Source: Nemertoderma westbladi (lineage: Eukaryota; Animalia; Xenacoelomorpha). From it: a stretch of DNA of 64,000 nucleotides. The notes under the pieces are model-generated. The model saw only the letters and a list, made by a program, of their open reading frames with translations. It was not told the origin of the DNA and ran no database searches. The stretch covers positions 1-64,000 of the forward strand of contig JAUCBJ010008523.1 in assembly GCA_032718475.1 (NCBI GenBank). The letters are read 5' to 3'. Shown piece by piece: positions 48,479 through 58,267 of this stretch. A program made the translations under genes and the position numbers. The stretch's first letter is position 1, and each line of letters opens with the position of its first letter.

Positions 48479-49036
48479 CCCCAAGAAAAAAGAAAACGCT
48501 AGCCCCCAAGAAAAGAAGTGGGGGTGTTGGGGACGATAGCCCCCAAGAAAAGAAGTGGGGGTGTTGGGGACGATAGCCCCCAAGAAAAGAAGTGGGGGTG
48601 TTGGGTACGATAGCCCCCAAGAAAAGAAGTGGGGGTGTTGGGGACGATAGCCCCCAAGAAAAGAAGTGGCGGTGTTGGGGACGATAGCCCCCAAGAAAAG
48701 AAGTGGGGGTTTTGGGGACGATAGCCCCCAAGAAAAGAAGTGGGGGTTTTGGGGACGATAGCCCCCAAGAAAAGAAGTGGGGGTGTTGGGGACGATAGCC
48801 CCCACGAAAAGAAGTGGGGAAAAGAAGTGGGGGTGTTGGGGACGATAGCCCCCAAGCAAAGAAGTGGCGGTGTTGGGGACGATAGCCCCCAAGAAAAGAA
48901 GTGGGGGTGTTGGGGACGATAGCCCCCACGAAAAGAAGTGGGGGTGTTGGGGACGATAGCCCCCAAGAAAAGAAGTGGGGGTGTTGGGGACGATAGCCCC
49001 CAAGAAACGGAGTGGGGGTGTTGGGGACGATAGCCC
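48479..49036. repeat. 37-bp satellite, array C (~15 copies)
   Basis: Same monomer; directly abuts the 30-bp satellite. Confidence 0.97.
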
Positions 49037-49930
49037 TTATGTTATACTGTTACCCTTTACTCATAGCCATAGATCATTTTAGGCATATTGATTCTGAAAA
49101 AACGGAGAAGACCCTATAATAGTCAATGTGGGCCAGTCTGAATGAATACAAAGGTTTTCTTCACATAATGTTAATATTGGTGCTTTAACGTACTTGTAGC
49201 TCATTCACATTTGACTTAAGACATATATATGTGAAGTCATTGCATTTTACTCATAGCCAGACATCTATCATATTAAAGTTATTAATCAAACGGCAAGCCG
49301 GCTTCAGGGCGCGACAATGCATTTCGTGTACTGACTGAGAAATAAAGGAGTTTCTTTACGCCCGACTCTATCTGTTTTATTATACAATCCAATTAATTTC
49401 TCCCACTAGGGGCATCATCAGGGAAATAAACTAAAAAAACAGAAATACCGCACAAGGTATGTAAGATGAGGAAGACTTGTAAGTATGGCTTGGAGTATAT
49501 TATATAAACCTAAAATGGCCAATTAGAACAAACTTGAATAAATCATGTTCGATTATAAATTATTCAAATTATGTATATATATTTATTTTATTTATTATTA
49601 TTTATGTATTTTGTTATATTTACCTCACCGGCTCGGCACTCGGTAAATACTTGGATAAGGTAGAAAGTAGCAGAAATAACCAGAAAGCGGGAATTTGTAA
49701 ATAACACATACAATGCAAAAAATTATAAAGTCACACACACATCGCAACCACCCCTCCGACGCCCCTTAGCAGATGTTTTGTAATTTTCATTTCGTGTGTG
49801 AAAAAAACATGACACAAACTCTGCAAATTGTTGATGTGAAGATATAATGAATTTTACAGTTAGTAAAATTCAAAATTCAGTGTGTGAAAGAACCATGGCG
49901 GGTGTGCGTGTGTGTGTGTGTGTGTGTGTG
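49037..49930. repeat. Dispersed module following the 37-bp satellite, copy C (no MITE; ends in (GT)n)
   Basis: Near-identical to copy A without the MITE. Confidence 0.93.
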
Positions 49931-50276
49931 TTACGAATAAAACAATTTTGGTGTATCACCGTTATACTAGGTTTTGGTGATTTTATCAAAATAACAATAC
50001 CAATAACAATAAGCTAGTCGCACGCTGTAGGCGGAATAACTGACATCAAAAGGGCTCTCTCCTCCTTCATTCACAACTCAACCGGGCAATTACGGTGTTC
50101 ATAACTACACCCGTGATTGCCACTAATACCATATTCTGATCGTGAGATAAGGAAATAGGTGTTAATTTACTACCATACGAATAGCTGATCTGGTATATAA
50201 ATTTGATTCTAGAACTTTGTTACTGCGGTGGACTGCAGCAAATACCTATCAGTACATGGCAAGGGCGCGGTAGGAT
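49929..50276 (+). mobile_element. Putative 5' LTR (49929-50256, TGT...ACA) followed by a PBS-like sequence
   Basis: Starts TGTTACG exactly where similarity to copy A stops, ends CAGTACA, and is immediately followed by TGGCAAGGGCGCGGTAGGAT (imperfect resemblance to tRNA-Ser-type PBS TGGC...CGGTAGGAT). TATATAAA at ~50194. No partner LTR in the window. Confidence 0.45.
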
Positions 50277-50757
50277 GTTAGGATGTTAGTAAAACTCCCT
50301 AAGCCAAACGTGTGCCGGTAGCAGAAAGCTGCCTCTTGCCTGATCAAATATTTTGGAATCAGACAGGTCGGGCAAACTATAAGGCCTACAAAGCTAACCG
50401 GTACTGTACTGTCAGTACTGCAAATCACCAAATTATAGAGCGTGCTATTCGAACCTAAGGGTTTTTCCCTGTCTGAATCTGAGATGTTTAATCCTAAATT
50501 TTACAGTGTCCGAGGACGGCGTCACGTTTTACCCTGATCTAAAGGTCTTACGGCGGGCAAGGGCGTCGAACAAAGTCTTACCTTCCTCTGACATGGGTGC
50601 TTTCTGGCAGTGATGCATACTCTCGAATGGGCGTGGGCGAAGATAATGTGGGCTCTCTAATGCGTTGTTGAAATCTTTCCCCCTTATGTTGCTGAAGCCT
50701 AACGGTCTAGGCAGCCATTCCCCGAAGCGTTTGGCTGTCTCAAGATAGATACGTTAA

Positions 50758-51527
50758 AACTACATGTCAAGGAGTTTGCACATAGCATAGCTAGTTTATC
50801 AATTTCGACGAGATTTATCCAGATTCACTAAAGAAGACGAAAATAATTCACATTTTTAAACCCGCGGATACCAATGGACAAATATACACCATATACCCGT
50901 AATATAGTGTCATTTTCTGATGACACGGACCCCCCCCCCCCCCAAATTTGTCTACAAATCTTTATCATATTGCTTGAAATTTGAAACACAACTAGTTCAA
51001 CTCACCGTAGTTGTTACCATGAAGCCATAATTTTCGATTTCGCCTTTAAATTTTTTTTATAAGCGTTTTAAAAAAGTGTCTTTTGCGATTTCGCATCCTT
51101 CTTATCATTGCCATTCTTCACTTTAGTCGTAATTTTTTCATATCAATAGAAAGCTTGCGTTGAAAGGATTCCAAATATGTAACAATATATGAATTTCGTT
51201 GAGAAACAGCTGAGATAAAGGCGTTCAAATATTGTAAGAATTATAGATCGCTGCAGGCCATTTATTCTATTTTATAAATACACAAAATTTTAGAACGTGT
51301 TATTTATTTTATGAGTTGTTAGGCAACAGTGGAATGCCTATACAATATCTATATTGCATAGCTAATCATACATAAACAAATTGTTCCAGAATATTGTGTG
51401 TTTATTAAATAGAATAAATGGCCTGCAGCGAACAATAATTCTTTCAATCTTCGAAAGATTAAATCAGTCCAAATATAAACAAAATACAATAATCTAAAAT
51501 AATTCCTAAAATGTCCTCCCGGCGATC
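50758..51527. mobile_element. AT-rich insertion flanked by TTAA(A) direct repeats, with no terminal inverted repeats and a long internal inverted repeat
   Basis: TTAA at 50754-50757 and 51528-51531; removal rejoins the host frame (QQDEL*RIYLETAKRF). Inverted arms span ~51226-51453 with a perfect core CGCTGCAGGCCATTTATTCTATTT (51249-51272 / 51407-51430). Confidence 0.6.
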
Positions 51528-53648
51528 TTAAAGTTCATCCTGCTGGTCTCTAGTCCATAACTCTGAGCGCTAATGCTAACGGTAGGCTCACAAGCCTTCC
51601 TTTCTCCACAATCTTGCTCCTCAATGCCAACGGTAGGTTCGCAAGCCTTCCTTCCTCCACAACCTCGCTCCTTAACGTTTTGTTGAGCGAGCTCAACCTC
51701 GCCCTTTAATATGATTGGGGGGTGGTTGAGGTCGAACTGGGCTCAGGCTGCTCCGGTGTCGAATTGTCTGTGGTTCCAAAATGCTGGGAATCGGAATGAC
51801 TTGCATCTCGCACATCCATCGGGCGCTTAATCCATGAAATCCTCATCCGATCCCAATCTTTCACTTAGTCGGATCAGATGGAGTATCTGCGACGCTTGGA
51901 GGGAGTTTGAGGGGCAGAACTTAGCCATCCGCATACACCTCCTTCTCAGACATCGTCTTAACCATCATGGGTTCGGGCAAAGGGAATCCTGTCCCTCCGT
52001 GCGGTTCTCTAGGAAGGGAAATGGTGCCTCGGGTCATCCGGATATGCGATTTGGAAGTCATCCTCTCGGTAATATTACTGTCTTCTTGATCTCTTGGCTG
52101 GCCTTTTGGGCTTTAAGTATGCAGTATTATGCGTCTTCCTGGGGGTGGCGTATTCTCTCTGGCAATGGTGTCGCCTTAAAACCAGTTTCACATAGAACAT
52201 CTGCTTCGTCTAGTATACACGAGGTCACGCGTTTGTGATAGAACGCGCTCCAGTATGCCCAAGCAATAGAATGTCAGGCTCCCCGATTTCGCTGTTCGAC
52301 TCACAAGTTGTCGAACTCTCCGGGGTTATCCGGTTCACCATAGTTTGAAAGTTCCAAGTATTCTTGTTATCTAGGTGAACTTGGAGGAAATAATTGCGTA
52401 CGACTTTAAATCCGCTATCTAGTGGCATTATGTCGAGTACCTCCAATAATTTGTCGTACTGAGGCATCGCTGATACTTTGACATTATTAGAGGGTTGGCG
52501 GCCCAGAATCCTAGATGCGCTCTCATAGGGAAACGTCATCGCTGTGTCGATACATGCTCGTCCACTAAGTCCTCCCAATGGTCAAATAGCTGCCACATTA
52601 TCTTCACCGACATATGCTCGCAGGGGACGTCTCGGATTTGACATTCCGACGTTCATTCGATGTTATAGTAGGTGCATTGAACCACAAAGCGCCAACAGGT
52701 GTAGAAAGTGTGGGACTGCTGATCCCCACACCAGTTGCACACTAAATCTAGTAGAGAGATATGCTTTGCTCCACATTTCTTGGCATGATGCCCTGTAGTC
52801 CCACATCTGCTGCAAATGGCGTTGGCAGGGTACCAAAAGCATTCGTAGATGGGATCTCCTATAATCTACTACTGTTCTTGTGATAGTCTTCATCATCGGG
52901 GTCAGTCGGTATGTTCGTCTCCGTAGGTTGTACACAAACCATGGCGTCACAAACCAATTGTACACAAACCATGATCTTTGTTTGCATCTTCCTCGGAAGG
53001 TTCTCCTCTATCTCAATAACTTGCCACAACGGCTCGTCAATTATCGTGGACTCGGTCGGATCTTCATCAGGATGATGAACGGTAGGCGTGCGCGCCTTCC
53101 ATGATCCTTCCAGGTCCTTAATCTCCGCGTGGCATTCCCCATCATAGGGTACTAACGTTAACATCGACGGTCTGTCGACTAGACTTCCCGCGTGGGTGAG
53201 ATAAATGTTGCGAAAAATGCTGAATCCCGCGCACGTGAAAACATCACAGTGGGCGTCAGTGTTATAGAATGGTTGAAGGAATCGACTGAATTCTTCCGTA
53301 TGCATCCTCCCTTCCTCGTAATCTGTATGTCCCTCTCTGAGAGATAGCGAGTGTCGCTTTAAAGTCCAAGACACTATATAGGCAATGAAACATATGTTGA
53401 CTGATGACTCTATCACCAAATAATATTGTAGGATTATCCGCGGAGGTGAGGTAATCGCCAAGTATACACACCCTCTCAATTTCAACTATGATTCAAACTC
53501 AATGACATTAGGGGCATCTCCTTCTCTATATACATCCGTATATTTGATGCTCTTACTCTCCTTATAATCCCAATTGAACATTATGTAGGAGATATAGCCA
53601 GTTCCAGTTTTGAGCCTGTTATACTCCCGGAAATATCCTTACTCTATA

Positions 53649-55756
53649 CTACTACTACTACTACTACTAGGTCGAGCGAACTTGGACAGTGGAAATGAGA
53701 TCCTTCCAGGCTTCCCGATTCTCCATAGTTGTCGCAATTTCGTTTCTCCCAAGTTCAGTATCCCTTTCAAGTTGATCTATATATGTTATGGCTGGTCGTC
53801 ACGAATACGCTTTCCATGAGTTGGTTGCCAGAGAAGTAGATCTGGTATGACCTCGTCTTTACTTCGCCAGCAGTGCCCACTGAATCTTAATCTGCGTTCA
53901 CGGAGGGTGGTTGATACAGGTGGTATTGTACCATAAAGCTCGGCGTTTGTCATGTGTTGTCTCCAGCTGATGTTTAGGGCTGCCCTTAGTAGTCTTGTGT
54001 AGCAACCATTGATTCGTTGTTCAAGTGATTTAGTCAGTGTCCAGGTCTCACCCCCGTATAAAAATACACTTTCAACTGTGGCTCGAAATAACTTTCAAAA
54101 ATAAAGAAGAACATTTTCAGATGGTATCCATTTTTGATAGAGCTACCCAAGCCTTTGCTTTCCTAACTTCTATGTCCTTTTTGCTACTCTCTATCCATGA
54201 TCCAAGGTTCTGGAAGTCGTCAACCATCCTTAGTTGATTATTGTCAATGGTTGTCAAGTTTCCATCAACATTAAAGGTCATGAATTCGGTCTTGGTAGCA
54301 TTTATATGCAATCCAACCTCCTTTGCAGCCGTCTTCACTTTATTTAGTAGAAGCTGTGCATCTGCTAGGGTATTAGAGAGCAGGGCGATGTCATCCGCAA
54401 AGTCGGTGCCTGTGACTGTAGTTGCCGGATATCTACTACTTCTGCGTTGTTGAAGTGTGAATCCCAGGTCTTCACCCTTTGTGGCTGTCCTCATTGCGTA
54501 ATCCAGCACAATTACAAATAGTAATGGTGCTAATGTGTCACCTTGCAGTACCCCAGCCAGGATTGAGAAAAACTCTGTTTCACCATCTGGTGAGAGTACC
54601 TGCGCTTCTGTGTCACAATATAACAATCCAATGCCAGCAACAATTACCTCTGGTATTCCATAAGCTCTTAGGATTTCAAGCATTTTGCCTCTATGGATGG
54701 AGTCGAATGCCTTCTTGAAGTCCACAAAAGTCATGACTGCGGGGAGGTTCTTTGAATTAATTCCTTCAATCAGTCTCCGTAGTGCAACTATCTGAGCTAT
54801 TGTTGATCTCCTTGGTTGAAATCCGTTTTGGCTCTTACGCAGTAGTTTCTCAATGTGAGGCCTAATCCTATATAGAATCATTTTATTGTATATTTTAGCA
54901 GCTACCACAAGCATACAGATCCCACGATAGTTTGTTGGTATACCGAGGTCTCCTTTCTTGGGGAGAGGCTGTTGACCTTTAGTCCAAATTGGTGGTGGCT
55001 TTTCCCCTTTTAAGGGGGGGGGGGGGGGGGGGGGGGGAGTACACCATTTTGGTCCAAATATGTCGAAATTTTTTTTATGGTCTATTACAATGCACGACTA
55101 AATGGTGTTTCAAAATCTGAAAATCGCTATTTAATAGTTCTTTTAGTTTTCAAGTTATAACAATTTCCATTTAGGGAACCCTATTGAAATTACTTTTTCT
55201 ATGTATAATGCAAGGTCGATTATCTCCAAATATTTTTTTTATGAAATTGTCAACTTCAAAACCCTACTACTTCTACAATTTTTGAGTAATTAGTCTGAAA
55301 CTTTCTGTGGGTGTCTACATAGCCACCCTGCATAAAAGTATCAGACAACTTTTCGAAATTTTTTCTTAATAAAATTTAATACTACTTATTACAAACCTAA
55401 AAATTTAGCATACATTTGCAGCGCCACCTAGCGATGCAGAATTATTTTCAGAAAATTTTGCCTGATAGTTATGTTGCCCCATCTTTGGTCTATCATATAA
55501 AAAAACTTTCATGTGATTAGATTCAAAACTGTAAAAGCCTTAGGGTTTTAAGCGCAACCAAGTTTTTTTTACTGTTAACTAGTATAAACTAATATTAAAT
55601 AGCGAAAAAAAAATTTTCTGACCTGTCATCTAGAATATTAGGCACCTATATGCCAAATTTTAGCCAAAACCAAACAATTTTGAAACGCGGAGAGTGATAA
55701 ATCAAAGAGTTGTCCAAAAATGGTATACCCCCCCCCCCCCCCCCCCTTAACATTGG
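53649..55756 (-). mobile_element. 5'-truncated RTE-clade LINE (RT domain and C-terminus, frameshifted)
   Basis: Motifs PKKGDLGIPTNYRGI, QNGFQPRRST, FVDFKKAFDSI, GVLQGDTLAPLLF, FADDIALL, LYGGETWTL, RRLRFSGH. (TAG)7 tail at 53649-53669. TSD TCCTT(A/G)CTCTATA, 12/13 identical, at 53636-53648 and 55757-55769. Confidence 0.93.
55014..55746. mobile_element. Non-autonomous Kolobok-like DNA transposon (TTAA TSD) nested in the RTE LINE
   Basis: TTAA at 55010-55013 and 55747-55750. Imperfect TIRs G(n)AGTACACCATTTTGGTCCAA / TTGTCCAAAAATGGTATAC(n). GG..CC termini rather than the CC..GG of piggyBac. Confidence 0.8.
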
Positions 55757-57565
55757 TCCTTGCTCTATAGCCCACAGCAACAATGCTCTAGTGTCCATGT
55801 AAGGTGTAGGCAATCGGTCCTCCTCCTCAGGCATCCCAGCGAAGTCGCTAATGAGATCTTCCAATACACCGGATCCGATATTAACGATGCTCTTGTCGAG
55901 TACGACGTCGCGCACCGCCTTGGGTAACATTATAGCCTCTATGTTACAAGCTAGCTCCATGGATTTTACTATCCGCTTTATAATGGTGTGTCATTGTATC
56001 ATCCCCTCCGGCATCAGCATCTTACGGTTGCTCTGCTGTTGGCTGTAGACATGTAGCACTCCATCTGGCGCTCAAATTTGAATGGTTTTCGAAGTGAGGA
56101 TCTGCTGGTGGCTCCCTCCTTCATTGCCGTAGAACATGTATCTGTTCCTTCGCAGAGATCGACTCGTCGTGTCCCATTCGTCGAGTAAATCGTCAGTAGG
56201 GTTCCATATCCTTCCGATGGATTTCTTGTCATCGAGGCTAATAGGTTTCCCCATCCAATTGGTCGCGATGTCGGTGTCGGTCTCAAACGTGCCGACTCCG
56301 ATCCATAATCGAATCGTCCGTGTAAGATATCCTCGTAGGATTCAAGGTGCGATATCCGTCCCCACACGATCAAGTTCCTTAAAGTCAGTTATATATGGAG
56401 GCATGTTGCGTACGATTTTCTGGACTATTACTCTAAGCAACTCCGCAGCCTCTAACACATTGCTAGACGTTACCGATGGGAGGAAATCCAGGTTCGATAT
56501 GATCTCCGGAAGCTCCACTATAGGGATCTCGTAGGTCGTATCCTCTCTAATCGGTATGCTAATAGGAAAGTTGGTTGTCCTCGCGACCGGCACTACCACT
56601 TGGGTAGATTAGGGTTGAGGTTCTCACACATCATCTCGACATGAGGTATCTGTAGTCTTTGCGACAAACTTTGAGCGAAGGTAATGCTATTGAAGAGTTC
56701 AGGTGCCATCTCCTTGGTTCGGTTTGATCTAGGGATATCCAATAGAATGGTAGGCTCATGAGCCTTCCACTGTACTCCTCGATCTCGCTTTTCTCGTATG
56801 CCTTGTACGCCTTATATAGGCTAAGAGCTTTCCTCTTCACCTGTGTCGACTTGTTGGACTCGTCTATTATCATACTGTAGACGTCCGGTACAACTGGTTA
56901 GGGTTTGTAAATCACGATTTCGCCCACATTCGGTCCGCTCATCTTGAACGAGTGATACGGATTCGTCAAAGGGTATCTGCCTTCCTGATAATGCAGACTC
57001 TGATGGTTTGGACATTGGGCTAATATCTGATCGGGGTTCTCCAGGTTCAAGCGCATAGGGATTGTGTTGTCTTGCGCACGCATACATCCTCCACAATTAT
57101 AGAAGAGTTTATAAATGGAGAATGCTTCCTTAGTCTCCGGATCTGCTCCTCGAGCGCGTCTGTACTGGTGCATCCCGTCGAAGTCGTCCCTGGCTGCAGG
57201 CATGGGCTCACACGCCGTCTGATATTGCAGCATGTGGTATAATCGACATATATCTGTGTCGGGGTCCTTGCAGATGTCGCTGGCATCACACAACGCATCG
57301 TAGGGGTATTACGCGTTAAACTCTGTGCATAACTCCTCCGTTCTCTTGTTGTAAGCGTTTAGTCACTGTCGCATAACGCTTGGATCTGCCTTCGGCTTTG
57401 CGAGCTTGGCCATACTCCTTGCCATGCTCTCAACTCTGAACATGCTAAAATTCTTGGCACCATAACGGTTGAACGGTGCCTGGTGCTCTTGTTCTTGCGT
57501 GAATCCCTGTCATTGCTCCTTGTGGATCCTCTCTGACATTGTACGCATATATATTGATTACATAT

Positions 57566-58267
57566 TGTTACGTTTATCTATACCATTGCGTTCTACTAGA
57601 GGAAGCACAAACAGAGGTTAGAGGTAATGAGACTTAGTGTTTTGTCGACTTTTGGCTCAACTTTGCTCTAAACCCCTTCCCATTTGACTAAGATTTAGGG
57701 TTCCACGTAATTTCGCACTGGCTCCTAATCAAAAAAAATGTGCAAAATGAACGATTTCGGGTAAACTAGCCGTCAGTCTAAATACTCACTTTTTATTCCC
57801 AAACTACTTCCCAAAATATAAAGCAGTCGAGGATTAGTCAGAGTAAAATATAATATTAGACACGACTATCAGAACAAGGCTGATTTTTATTTTTCAAAAA
57901 ATATTGGAAGGCTCGCAAGCCTTCCATCCATCCGCTCTTGCCCCCCCTAATTTTGGTCTCATCCGACCATATCCTAGAATCCGTCCACTGGAGAATCGTT
58001 TTTCTTAAAATTCGAAATCCAAATGGATTATCTAAAATTTTTTGAAAATTGTCTCACTTGTGTGTTCCAAGTGGAATTCCATTCCTTCTGTACACACAAA
58101 CCCGCTCCTATGTGATACATAAGGGTACTACCCTCAATGTTCACATATAAAGACAATGGAATTCCACCATTGTCTTTAACCTACAGTGTACAGGAGTATG
58201 GTAGGACTATGTGGCAACCATCAAGGGTCCCACATCACTACTTACGAAGTTTATGTGGAGATTTATA
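57566..58267 (-). mobile_element. Putative 3' LTR of the BEL/Pao element (probably containing an AT-rich secondary insertion at ~57640-58050)
   Basis: The purine tract GAGACGGGAGAT just after the integrase C-terminus is followed by TATAAATC (a decayed TGT?). Minus-strand end ...GATAAACGTAACA at 57566. The 5' LTR is not in the window for comparison. Confidence 0.45.

Larger units (their letters stand above)
50529..57548 (-). pseudogene. Large decayed intronless ORF with a DEDDy (WRN/EXD/RNase D-like) 3'-5' exonuclease domain and CCHC zinc knuckles; interrupted by insertions at 50758-51527 and 53649-55756
   Basis: Successive minus-strand ORF fragments chain through stops and frameshifts from ATG 57548. 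Exonuclease-like motifs: MFYGNEG...TIQI*APDGVLHVY...LPKAVRDVVLDKSIVNIGSGVLEDL...YMDTRALL, rejoined across the LINE TSD to GYFREYNRLKTGTGYISYIMFNWDYK. Knuckles CSRCGTTGHHAKKC (52773-52814) and CNWCGDQQSHTFYTC (52695-52739). Stop at 50529. Confidence 0.7.

Noticed and set aside
27496-48539. Cys/His-rich (VCGCHNITTI)n or (TATNNCRNVV)n repeat proteins
   Set aside because: A 30-bp period yields ORFs in several frames on both strands; frequent off-length units and stops show no frame is preserved.
50915-50945. Poly-C next to TGACA as a PPT/LTR start for a minus-strand element
   Set aside because: It lies inside the TTAA-flanked insertion, and the host reading frame continues to 50529 on the other side.
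55010-55770. Deletion or recombination at the MITE, because its two flanks look unrelated
   Set aside because: The LINE TSD is found 6 bp beyond the MITE, so simple nesting explains it.
58148-58178. 12-bp stem hairpin as a transcription terminator after pol
   Set aside because: Eukaryotic retroelement context with no U-tract; probably an LTR-internal dyad of unknown meaning.
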